A stretch of DNA of 64,000 bases from Pseudomonadota bacterium. Lineage in GTDB: Bacteria > Pseudomonadota > Gammaproteobacteria > Ga0077536. The stretch is from contig JADJYF010000001.1 in the NCBI GenBank assembly GCA_016719885.1, positions 414,150 to 478,149 on the forward strand, written 5' to 3'. How positions within the stretch are numbered: the first letter of the stretch is position 1; every line of letters begins with the position of its first letter. Below, one piece after another: positions 1 to 9,500 of the stretch. Made by a program: the position numbers and the translations under genes. The notes beneath the pieces are model-generated. The model was not told where the DNA came from, ran no database searches, and saw nothing but the letters and a program-made list of their open reading frames with translations.

Positions 1-240
1 TGCGCAGCGCCGTGTCCATGGCCTCGGCCGACAGGCGCGGTTCCGAGCCGGCCAACGCGTCCTTGATGGCCATGTACACGGCATCGGCGTCCAACGGCGC
101 GCCCTGGCGCATCATGCTCTGGGTGAAATTGATGCCGAAGGCGTAGCTGAACTTCTCGGCGTCAGTTTCGAGCGAGGTGCCGACCGCGAAGACCGAAGTG
201 CTGGTGACGGCGATGCCGGCGGCAAGGAGAAATCGTTTCA
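1..240 (-). CDS. FKBP-type peptidyl-prolyl cis-trans isomerase, partial: only the N-terminal about 80 aa are in the window and the C-terminus lies upstream of position 1
   Basis: Reverse-complement of 1..240 translates to MKRFLLAAGIAVTSTSVFA (signal peptide) followed by FSYAFGINFTQSMMRQGAPLDADAVYMAIKDALAG. This resembles the FkpA/Mip N-terminal dimerisation domain. The ATG sits at the complement of 238-240. Confidence 0.5.
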
Positions 241-323
241 TGGAATGCCTTTGCATGAGGGATGGGAGGGCGCGATCTTCCCATACCTGCCCCGATCTTG
301 ATATGCCGGGCCGACGGCGAGGC

Positions 324-1310
324 TCACGCCGCCTGGCGATGGATGCGCTCGGCGGGCACGTGGCGGGCGAGTTCGGCGGCGCACCAGTCGACCAGCGCGT
401 CGGCATCGGCGCCGTAACTGACGAGCCCGTCGCGCGCGCTCTCGGCCAGCGCGAACAGGCTTTCGTCGGGATGCAGGCGCGCGATGCCACGCGCCTGGTC
501 GCGCGGCAGGCGCAGCGCGCCCACCGTCACCGAGTGCAGGCGCCGGCCGTCGACGGCGGCGAACACGGTGTCGAAGAACGCGCGGTGCACGGCTTCGAAA
601 TCCGCCACCGGCAACACCGGATCGAAGCGCAGGCCTATTGGCCAGCCATGCGCCTGCAGGCGCACGATGGCGGCGAGGCGCGCGGCCAGGCTCGGCGTGC
701 GCGCTTCGAAGGCGTCGACAACCGTTGTCGGGTTCAAGGAAAACGCACACACACAGCGCGCCACCGGCGGCCGCTTCAACAGGCCGCGGATCTGCGTGCT
801 CTTGGTGCGCAGTTCCAGCCACGCGTTGGGAATGCGCGCGCAGGCATCGATGAAGGTCTCGGCGAAGCCGCTCAGCGGCTCGAGCGCGAGGCTGTCGCAA
901 TCGTAGCCCGAGAACAGCCAGCACGCGGCGTCGCTCGCGGCGCAGCGCGCTTCGATGTCGGCGATGAAGTCCTCGTAGTTGACGAACAGTACGTAGTGGG
1001 CCGAGCGGAACATGCCCTGCAGGAAGCAATATCGGCAGTCGTACAGGCAGTTCAGCATGTGCGAGAAGTAGAACGCCGGCGCGGCGCTGAAGCCGTAGCC
1101 TTGCGGCACCGGCAGCAGGCGGCGGCCGTGCTTGGCGGCCAGGATCAGGGCCGGGTGCGCCTTTTGCAGGCGGAAGTTCTGGTTGTGGCGATTGAACACT
1201 TCGCCGTAGCGTTCGCAGCCCACCACGTGGCGCGGCCGGACCCGTTCCAGGATACGCGCGGTGCGCGGGTGATCGAGCACCTCGCGCTCGACATAGACGG
1301 TTTCGATCAC
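324..1310 (-). CDS. Radical SAM protein, spore-photoproduct-lyase (SplB)-like DNA repair family
   Basis: 328-aa ORF with a CxxxCxxC cluster (NCLYDCRYCF) near residue 90 and overall length typical of SplB-like radical SAM enzymes. The antisense ORF 177..1454 is rejected. Confidence 0.65.
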   Translation of the reverse strand: MIETVYVEREVLDHPRTARILERVRPRHVVGCERYGEVFNRHNQNFRLQKAHPALILAAKHGRRLLPVPQGYGFSAAPAFYFSHMLNCLYDCRYCFLQGMFRSAHYVLFVNYEDFIADIEARCAASDAACWLFSGYDCDSLALEPLSGFAETFIDACARIPNAWLELRTKSTQIRGLLKRPPVARCVCAFSLNPTTVVDAFEARTPSLAARLAAIVRLQAHGWPIGLRFDPVLPVADFEAVHRAFFDTVFAAVDGRRLHSVTVGALRLPRDQARGIARLHPDESLFALAESARDGLVSYGADADALVDWCAAELARHVPAERIHRQAA

Positions 1311-1870
1311 CGCGTGCGCGCCGCCGGCAAGGGCAGGGCGTCGACTTCCTCACGCAACCGCGCCAACAGCGCGGAAGCGTCGCGGCAAGAGACCAGTGAA
1401 GACAGGTCAGGCGTGGCCTGCGCGGTCAGCAAGGCGCGCCGCTGCAAGAGCTGACGCAGCTGCAGGGTTTGCGCGTGGGTGAAATGCCAACGCGCGAGCA
1501 AGGCCTCGGCGCCGGTGTCGGTGGCGATCACCGGCAGGAACAGCAGGCTCGGATACCACGCGCCTTCGCGGCCGTGGTGGGTGATGCGCGCCGCCAGCAG
1601 CGGCGTGCCGACGGCATGACTTACGTGCCCGGCGATGCCGAGATTGAGCCACATGTGATCGCCGCCGGCGTCGGCGAGGCCGGCGGCGTAGCCGACCGCC
1701 GCGGCACTGGCATGGCTGCCGACGCCCGACACCACGACCCGCGCCGGCCCATCGCCATACACGCGAAACGGCCGTTCGCGCCGCAGGGCCAGGCGCCAAT
1801 GGCCGACCAGCGCCTGTGCCTCGCTGGGCAGCGCACACACCACGGTGATGGCGGGCAGGGCGCTCAACGC
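1307..1870 (-). CDS. Phosphorylase-superfamily protein (PNP/MTA-SAH nucleosidase-like); start codon uncertain
   Basis: The translation contains VVSGVGSHASAAAVGYAAGL...WLNLGIAGHV, reminiscent of the PNP_UDP_1 nucleoside phosphorylase fold. The 5' end of the ORF overlaps the upstream gene, so the true start is probably a non-ATG codon near 1870. The 3' end overlaps the SplB-like gene by 4 nt. Confidence 0.35.
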   Translation of the reverse strand, partial: ALSALPAITVVCALPSEAQALVGHWRLALRRERPFRVYGDGPARVVVSGVGSHASAAAVGYAAGLADAGGDHMWLNLGIAGHVSHAVGTPLLAARITHHGREGAWYPSLLFLPVIATDTGAEALLARWHFTHAQTLQLRQLLQRRALLTAQATPDLSSLVSCRDASALLARLREEVDALPLPAARTR

Positions 1871-2406
1871 GGTTGCGCGACGAAGCCGAAGCGGGCCGCG
1901 ACCTCGGCCCGTGCCAGGCGCGCCAAGGGCAGCACGTGCTCGCGCCACAAGAGGGCGCGCGGCACGTCGTCTTCGTCGCACTCGATGAGGCTTTCGCAGC
2001 TCGCCAGGTCGCGGTCGTCCAACAGGCCGATGCCGAGCGAGGTGCGCAGCAGCAGGTTGCCTTCGTCATCCTGGTAGACCGCCGCGAGATCGCGGGCCGC
2101 CATGCCGGTATGGGTGAGGAAGGTCTGGTCCGGCTGCCAGCGATAGATCCAGGGTGTGTAGTCGAGGTCGACGAACACCTGCTGCGGGCCGTTCTGCACG
2201 TACCAGCGGCCGCTGTCGTCGGCGCGGTAGTGGCGTGACAAAAAAGCCTGGGCGCGCGGATGGCGGATGACCTCGCCCTGGATGCGCCATGCGCCGCGCA
2301 GGTCCAGCGACAGCCAGCCAAAGCACTGCGGCACGTCCGGCCACTTGGCCATGGCGCGCACCACGTCGTCGTCGAAGGCCGGCCATGGCAGGTCCTGCTC
2401 GGTCAC
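1864..2406 (-). CDS. Conserved hypothetical protein (GTG start)
   Basis: 180-aa ORF translationally coupled to bioA upstream (4-nt overlap) and to the phosphorylase-like gene downstream. It has normal acidic/aromatic composition (MTEQDLPWPAFDDD...WYVQNGPQQVFVDLDYTPWIYRW). I do not recognise a family. Confidence 0.5.
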   Translation of the reverse strand: MTEQDLPWPAFDDDVVRAMAKWPDVPQCFGWLSLDLRGAWRIQGEVIRHPRAQAFLSRHYRADDSGRWYVQNGPQQVFVDLDYTPWIYRWQPDQTFLTHTGMAARDLAAVYQDDEGNLLLRTSLGIGLLDDRDLASCESLIECDEDDVPRALLWREHVLPLARLARAEVAARFGFVAQPR

Positions 2407-3689
2407 GGTAGTTCACTCACCACTTCGACCATGGCGCTGGTCAGCTGCGTGAGTTCCTCATCGCTGATGATGTAGGGCGGCATCACGTACACGAGCTTGC
2501 CGAAAGGCCGCAGCCACACGCCGCGGCGAACGAAGGCGTGGGGAATGCTGCGCATGTCCACGGGGCGCTCGAGTTCGATGACGCCGATGGCGCCGAGGCA
2601 GCGCACGTCCGCCACCTGGCGCAGCGTGCGACAGGGTTCCAGGCCGCGCGCGAGGGCAGTCTCGATGCGATGCACGTTGCCCGACCAGTCACTGTCCAGC
2701 ACCAGTTGCACGCTGGCGCGCGCGCAGGCGCAGGCCAGCGCGTTGGCCATGAAGGTCGGACCGTGCATGAACACGCCCGGTTCGGCGCTGCAGATGGTAT
2801 GCGCGACTTCGCTCGACACCAGGGTCGCGGCGAGCGTCATGTAGCCACCGGTCAAGGCCTTGCCGAGACACAGGATGTCGGGCGTGACGTCGGCATGCTC
2901 GCAGGCGAACAGGCGACCGGTGCGACCGAAGCCGGTGGCGATTTCATCGGCGATGAGCAGCAGGCCGAATTCGTCGCAGATCTGGCGCACGCCGGCCAGG
3001 TAGGACGGATGGTAGAACCACATGCCGCCGGCGCCCTGCACGACAGGTTCGAGAATGATGGCGGCGAGGCTGTCGGCATGGAACTCGGCGAGTTCGCGCA
3101 GATCGGTCAGCGCCTGGTCCTGCCATGGTTCATGGAAGGCGATGTCCGGACGCGGCGCGAAGATGTGTTCGGGCAGCACGGTGTTGAACAGGCTGTGCAT
3201 GCCGGTGACCGGATCGCAGACCGCCATCGCGCCGAAGGTGTCGCCGTGGTAGCCGCCGCGCACCGTCAAGAGTTTCTGGCGCGCGGGCTCGCGGCGCGCG
3301 GCGCGGTATTGCAGCGCCATCTTGATCGCGACTTCCACCGCCACCGAGCCGGAGTCGGAAAAAAACACGTGCTCGAGACCGGCCGGCGTGATGTCGACCA
3401 GCGTGCGGGCGAGCTCCGCCGCGCCCTCGTGGGCCAGGCCGCCGAACATGACGTGGGCCATGCGCTCGAGCTGACCCTGCACCGCGGCGTCCAGCGTCGG
3501 GTGGCGATAGCCATGAATGGCCGACCACCACGAAGCCATGCCATCGATGAGTTCGCGGCCGTCGGCCAGTTGCAGTCGGCAGCCTTGCGCGCCCACCACC
3601 GGGAACACCGGCGGCGGATCAATCAGCGTGCTGTAGGGATGCCAGACGTGCGCGCGGTCGTAGGCGAGCCAGGCAGGCGTGTTGCTCAT
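2403..3689 (-). CDS. bioA: Adenosylmethionine-8-amino-7-oxononanoate aminotransferase
   Basis: Class-III PLP aminotransferase with BioA-typical N-terminus (WHPYS.., SWWSAIHGY) and a PLP-lysine region (ILCLGKALTGGYMTLAATL). The start is taken at MSNTPAWL. Confidence 0.88.
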   Translation of the reverse strand: MSNTPAWLAYDRAHVWHPYSTLIDPPPVFPVVGAQGCRLQLADGRELIDGMASWWSAIHGYRHPTLDAAVQGQLERMAHVMFGGLAHEGAAELARTLVDITPAGLEHVFFSDSGSVAVEVAIKMALQYRAARREPARQKLLTVRGGYHGDTFGAMAVCDPVTGMHSLFNTVLPEHIFAPRPDIAFHEPWQDQALTDLRELAEFHADSLAAIILEPVVQGAGGMWFYHPSYLAGVRQICDEFGLLLIADEIATGFGRTGRLFACEHADVTPDILCLGKALTGGYMTLAATLVSSEVAHTICSAEPGVFMHGPTFMANALACACARASVQLVLDSDWSGNVHRIETALARGLEPCRTLRQVADVRCLGAIGVIELERPVDMRSIPHAFVRRGVWLRPFGKLVYVMPPYIISDEELTQLTSAMVEVVSELP

Positions 3690-4738
3690 GACACGCGGCT
3701 GACGCGCCACTGCGCGGTGCCCGGCGCCTCGAACACCGCGATGTCGCCGAGCTCGGTGACGCAGCGCCGCGGCGGCGCCTGGTTGGTATCGCGGCTGAGC
3801 GTGATGCGCGTGCTATTGACCGGCAGGCCATAGAAGGCCGGGCCATTGCGCGAGGCGAATGCCTCGAAGTGGGCCAGCGCGTCGTGTTCGGCGAACACCT
3901 CCGCGTAGCCGGCGAGGGCCACCGGCGCGTTGTAGATGCCGGCGCAGCCGCATTCGTTTTCCTTGGTGTGGATCACGTGCGGCGCCGAATCGGTGCCGAG
4001 AAAAAAATGCGGGTCGCCGCCGCACACCGCTTGCACCAGCGCCTGGCGGTGGGTCTCGCGCTTGATCACCGGCAGGCAGTAGAGGTGGGGCCGTATGCCG
4101 CCCTCGAACATTGCGCCGCGGTTGAGCATCAGGTGATGGGGCGTGACCGTGGCGGCGAGCAGCGCGGGCGGCGCGTCACTGACATAGGCCGCGGCCTCGG
4201 CGGTGGTGATGTGTTCGAAGACGATCTTCAAGGCCGGGTGGCGCGCGCGCAGCGGCGCCAGCACGCGCTCGATGAACACCGATTCTCTGTCGAATACATC
4301 GACCGCGCGGTCCACCACTTCGCCGTGAATGAGCAAGGGCAGACCGAGCGCGCTCATGGTCTCGAACACGCGCTCCAGGCGCGTGATGTCGGTGACGCCG
4401 GCGGCGGAATTGGTGGTGGCGCCGGCCGGGTAGAGCTTGGCGGCGGTGAATATGCCGTCGCGTGCGCCGGCGGCAAGATCGTCGGCGTCCGTGACGTCGG
4501 TCAGGTAGCAGGTCATGAGCGGTTCGAACTCGTCGCCGTCGGCGAGCAGCGCGCGAATGCGCGAGCGGTAGGCTTCGGCGGCGGCGGCGGTGGTCACCGG
4601 CGGCTTGAGGTTCGGCATGACGATGGCGCGGGCGTAATGGCGCGCGGTGTCGGGCAGCACGGCCGCGAGCACGTCGCCGTCGCGCAGGTGCACGTGCCAA
4701 TCGTCGGGGCGGGGCAAGGTCAGGCTGAGTGTCTTCAT
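3686..4738 (-). CDS. pyrC: Dihydroorotase, homodimeric class II
   Basis: N-terminus MKTLSLTLPRPDDWHVHLRDG is the E. coli-type PyrC signature; the amidohydrolase metal ligands follow. It overlaps the bioA start by 4 nt. Confidence 0.9.
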   Translation of the reverse strand: MKTLSLTLPRPDDWHVHLRDGDVLAAVLPDTARHYARAIVMPNLKPPVTTAAAAEAYRSRIRALLADGDEFEPLMTCYLTDVTDADDLAAGARDGIFTAAKLYPAGATTNSAAGVTDITRLERVFETMSALGLPLLIHGEVVDRAVDVFDRESVFIERVLAPLRARHPALKIVFEHITTAEAAAYVSDAPPALLAATVTPHHLMLNRGAMFEGGIRPHLYCLPVIKRETHRQALVQAVCGGDPHFFLGTDSAPHVIHTKENECGCAGIYNAPVALAGYAEVFAEHDALAHFEAFASRNGPAFYGLPVNSTRITLSRDTNQAPPRRCVTELGDIAVFEAPGTAQWRVSRVS

Positions 4739-4866
4739 CGCCGCGACTCTAGCATGGGGCGTGGCTGCCCGGCAGCGGCGCCCGTCGGCCGCTGCAAGCG
4801 TCCGTCCACAGTCGCTAGAATGACCACGCGCTCACGCATTTCGCGTATGCCCCGCAGGAGAACACG

Positions 4867-6504
4867 ATGCTTGGATTGATGATGGACCGGCAGCTCACGC
4901 TGTCTTCCCTGGCGCGCCATGCCGAACGCAACCACGGACGGCGCGAGGTGGTGTCGGTCACCGCCGATCACGAGCGGCACCGCTATACCTTCGCCGAATG
5001 CCTGGCCCGCGCGCGGCGCCTCAGCAACGTGCTGGCGCGGCTCGGCGCCGGCGAAGAGGCGCGCATCGCGACCGTGGCGTGGAATGATTTTCGCCACCTC
5101 GAGCTCTATTTCGGCGTGAGCTGCAGCGGGCGCGTGTTGCACACCATCAATCCGCGGCTGTTTGCCGAACAGCTGAGCTACATCGTCAACCATGCCGATG
5201 ATGAGTGGATCTTCTTCGACGTCGCCTTCACGGGCATCCTCGAGAAGATTGCGCCGCTGTGCCCGCGCGTGAAGGGCTACGTGGCGATGACCGGCCAGGC
5301 GCACATGCCGGCGCATTGCACGCTGCCGAACCTGCATTGCTACGAAACCCTGCTGGCGCACGAGTCGGACCACTGCGAGTGGCCGGACTTCGACGAGCGG
5401 CGCGCCAGCAGCCTGTGCTACACCTCGGGCACCACCGGTCACCCCAAGGGCGTGCTCTACAGCCATCGCAGCACCGTGCTGCACACCTATGCGCTGGCCT
5501 TGCCCGACAGCGCCAACCTGTCGGCGCGCGATGCCATCCTGCCGGTGGTGCCCATGTTCCATGTAAACGCCTGGGGCTATCCCTATGCCGGCATGATGGT
5601 CGGCGCCAAGCTGGTGTTTCCCGGCCATCGCCTGAGCTCGCCGGAACTGCTGGTCGACCTCATCAGCGAGGAGGGCGTGACCATCGCCGGCGGCGTGCCG
5701 ACGGTGTGGTTGCCCTTGCTCGACTACCTGCGCAGCAGCGGACGCAGCGTCGCGCCGCTCAATCGCACCGTGATCGGCGGCTCTGCCTGCCCGCTGGCCA
5801 TGATCGAAGAATTCCGCGATCAGCATGGCGTGGCGGTACTGCACGGCTGGGGCATGACCGAGATGAGCCCGGTCGGCGTGGTCAACACGCCGACTTCCGC
5901 CAATGCCGGGCTCGGCGGCGAAGCGCTGGCCGCGCAGCTCGTCAAGCAGGGGCGGCCGCTGCCGGGCGTCGAGATCAAGATCACCGATGACGACAATCGC
6001 GAGCTGCCGTGGGACGGCGAGAGCTTTGGTGCGCTCAAGGTGCGCGGGCCGTGGATCTGCAGCGCCTACTACCGGCTCGAAAGTGGCTCCGAGGCGCACG
6101 GCGCCGATGGCTGGTTCGATACCGGCGACGTTGCGACCATCGACGCCGACGGCTACGTCAAGATTACCGACCGCGCCAAGGACGTGATCAAGTCGGGCGG
6201 CGAATGGATCAGTTCGCTGGACCTGGAAAATGTCGCCATGTCCCACCCCGCCGTGCGCGAATGCGCGGTGGTCGGCATGGCGCATGGCAAATGGCAGGAG
6301 CGCCCCTTGCTGGTGGTGGTGGCGGCCAAGCCCTTCGACAAGGCCGACGTCCTCGCCTGGTTCGAGGGCAAGGTCGCGAAATGGTGGATCCCCAACGACG
6401 TGCTCGAAGTCGAATCCCTGCCGCACACCGCGACCGGCAAGATCAGCAAGCTCGAGCTGCGCCGTCAGCTCGCCGCCTATCGCTTCCCGGACGACGCGGC
6501 GTGA
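4867..6504 (+). CDS. AMP-dependent synthetase/ligase (long-chain or aromatic acyl-CoA ligase)
   Basis: AMP-binding motif YTSGTTGHPKGV, a gate motif (GWGMTE) and C-terminal GWFDTGD...DRAKDVIKSGGE. A tagaat -10-like hexamer lies in the 4739-4866 divergent intergenic region. Confidence 0.85.
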   Translation: MLGLMMDRQLTLSSLARHAERNHGRREVVSVTADHERHRYTFAECLARARRLSNVLARLGAGEEARIATVAWNDFRHLELYFGVSCSGRVLHTINPRLFAEQLSYIVNHADDEWIFFDVAFTGILEKIAPLCPRVKGYVAMTGQAHMPAHCTLPNLHCYETLLAHESDHCEWPDFDERRASSLCYTSGTTGHPKGVLYSHRSTVLHTYALALPDSANLSARDAILPVVPMFHVNAWGYPYAGMMVGAKLVFPGHRLSSPELLVDLISEEGVTIAGGVPTVWLPLLDYLRSSGRSVAPLNRTVIGGSACPLAMIEEFRDQHGVAVLHGWGMTEMSPVGVVNTPTSANAGLGGEALAAQLVKQGRPLPGVEIKITDDDNRELPWDGESFGALKVRGPWICSAYYRLESGSEAHGADGWFDTGDVATIDADGYVKITDRAKDVIKSGGEWISSLDLENVAMSHPAVRECAVVGMAHGKWQERPLLVVVAAKPFDKADVLAWFEGKVAKWWIPNDVLEVESLPHTATGKISKLELRRQLAAYRFPDDAA

Positions 6505-6535
6505 GCGCGTCCATCAGCGCGCGCGAGGAATCCGT

Positions 6536-9500
6536 GTGAGCCATCCTGCCCTGGCCGAGGTCGGCCTCGACGACAAGTACGAACGCGACAGCGGCCGCAT
6601 CTACCTGAGCGGCACCCAGGCGCTGGTACGCATGCTGCTGCAACAGCGCGCGCTGGATCGCGCGCGCGGCTGGCACACCGCCGGTTACGTGTCGGGTTAT
6701 CGCGGTTCGCCGCTGGGCGGTTTCGACCAGCAGCTGTGGCGCGCCAGCGCGTTCCTGCAACGCGCCGACATCCACTTCCAGCCGGGACTCAATGAAGATA
6801 TCGCCGCCACCGCCATCTGGGGCACGCAGCAGCTCGGGCTGTTTCCCGGCGCGCGGGCCGAGGGTGTGTTCGCGCTGTGGTACGGCAAATCCCCCGGCGT
6901 CGATCGCAGCGGCGATGCCCTGCGCCACGCCAACAATGCCGGCGCCGCGCCGCGTGGTGGGGTGTTGGTGCTGGCGGGTGACGACCACGCCGCCAAGTCC
7001 TCGACCGTAGCCTGTCACACCGAGTTGAGCTTCATCGATCTCAGCATGCCGGTGCTGTACCCGGCCGAGATTGAGGAGATCGTCGAATTCGGCCTGTATG
7101 GCTGGGCCTTGTCGCGCCTGACGGCGAGCTGGGTGGTGATGAAGCTGCTGCCGGAAACCACCGACTGCGCGAGTTCCATCGAAGCGGCGCCGCGGCGCTG
7201 GGAGCTGGCCGTGCCCGAGGGCATCGCGCTGCCGCCCGACGGCCTGCACATGCGCTGGCCCGACACCGCGCTGGCGCAGGAAGAGCGTCTGTACCGCTAC
7301 CGCCTGCCATTGCTGCGTGCCTGCCTGGCGGCCACCTCCCTGGATCGCGCGGTGATCGCACCGCGTCACAAGCGCCTCGCCATCGTCACGGCCGGCAAGG
7401 CTTATCTCGACGTCATGCAGGCGCTGGCGGAACTCGGCCTGGATGAACGCGCGGCGCACGCCGCCGGCATCGCGGTATACAAGGTGGCGACGGTATGGCC
7501 GTTGGCGACGGCGGCCTTGTGCGAATTCGTCGAAGACGCCGAGCTGGTGTTCGTCATCGAAGAAAAGCGCGCCGTGATCGAGCCGCAATTGAAGTCGGCG
7601 CTCTATGATCGCGTCGCGGCGCGACGTCCGCGCGTGATAGGCAAGCTCGACGAGCAGGGCGCGCCGCTGGTGCCCGATTACAACGAGTTGAGCGGCACGC
7701 TGGTCGCACGCCTGCTGGGCACGCGCCTGGCGACATGGCCGGACCTGCCACAGGTTGGCGCGGCGCTGGCGCGGATGGCCGAGCGTGAGGCGCGACTGGC
7801 GCGGTCGAGCACGGTGCTGGAGCGCATTCCGCATTTCTGCGCGGGCTGTCCGCACAACACATCGACCAAGGTGCCGGCAGGCAGCCGGGCGCTGGCTGGC
7901 ATCGGCTGTCATTTCATGGCGCAGTGGATGGATCGCGACACCGCGACGTTCACGCACATGGGCGGCGAAGGCGCGAGCTGGTTGGGCCAGGCGCCGTTCA
8001 CCGACACCCGCCACGTGTTCGTGAACATCGGCGACGGCACCTACACGCACTCCGGCTCGCTCGCCATCCGCGCGGCGGTGATCGCCGGCGTGAACGTCAC
8101 CTACAAGCTGCTCTACAACGATGCGGTGGCGATGACCGGCGGTCAACCGGTGGATGGCCAGGCATCGGTCGCCATGATCACGCACCAGATGCACGGCGAA
8201 GGCGTGAAGCGCATCGCCATCGTCAGCGACGATGTCAGCCGTTATACCGACCGCGCCGCGCTGGCGCCGGGTGTGACGGTCAACGATCGCGGCGAGCTCG
8301 ATGCCGTGCAGCGCGAGTTGCGCGAAGTGCCCGGCGTGTCCTTGCTCATCTACGAACAGACCTGCGCCTCCGAGAAACGACGGCGACGCAAACGCGGACG
8401 CATGCCGGACCCGCAGCGGCGCGTGGTGATCAACCACATGGTGTGCGAAGGCTGCGGCGATTGCAGCACGCAGTCCAACTGCCTGGCCGTTGCGCCGCTG
8501 GAAACCGAGTTCGGGCGCAAGCGCCGCATCGACCAGTCCACCTGCAACAAGGATTTCAGCTGCCTCAATGGGCTGTGTCCGAGCTTCGTGACGGTGGAGG
8601 GCGGACAGTTGCGCGCGACCCGCGCCGCGGATATCGGCAATCTCATGGTGCCCGAGCCGCAACGCGTGGCGGCCGATGGCGAAGGCGGCAGCTACAACAT
8701 CCTCGTGACCGGCGTGGGCGGCACCGGCGTGGTGACCATCGGCAATATTCTCGGCATGGCGGCCCACCTCGAAGGGCGACACCTGCGCGTGCTCGACCAG
8801 ACCGGGCTCGCGCAGAAATACGGCGCGGTGATGTCGCATATCCAGGTGGCTGACGATCCGTCCTGCCTGCGCGCCACGCGCATCAGCGATGGCGGCGCCG
8901 ACCTGGTGTTGGGCGCCGATCTCGTCACCGCCGCGAGCCGCGACGGCATGCGACGCCTGGCGCCGGAGCGCAGTCACGTGATCGTGGATACCGAAGCGAC
9001 GGTGGTGTCGGCCTTCACGCGCAACGGCGATCTTGATTTCGGCAGCGGCGCCATGGTGCGCGGCATCGCCGAGGCCGTCGGCCGCGATCGTGTGCATTGC
9101 CTGCAAGCGAATGCGCTGGCGACGCGTTGGTTGGGCGACGCCATCGGCGCCAATCTCATGCTGGTGGGCTACGCCTATCAACGTGGACTCATTCCGATGA
9201 GCGCGGCGGCCGTGGAGCGCGCCATCGCCATCAACGACGTGAAAGTGGAATTCAATGTGCGTGCATTCCGCCTGGGCAGGCTGCTTGCGCATGATCCCGC
9301 ACGCATCGAGGAGCCGGCGCGCGCGCCGCGGGTCGAGCCGCCGGCGCCGCTGCCGCTCGCGGAATTTCTCGAACGGCGGCAGCGCCATTTGAACGACTAC
9401 CAGAATGCCGCCTATGGCCAACGCTACCGCGCGCTGGTGGATAAAGTCGCGGGCGCCGAGCGCGAAGTCATGCCAGCTTCCGAGGCGCTGACGCGCGCGG

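Noticed and set aside
177-1454. 425-aa plus-strand ORF
   Set aside because: It is antisense to the SplB-like radical SAM gene. It has the Arg/Ala/Gly-rich, motif-free composition typical of spurious frames in high-GC DNA, while the minus-strand frame carries a CxxxCxxC radical-SAM motif.
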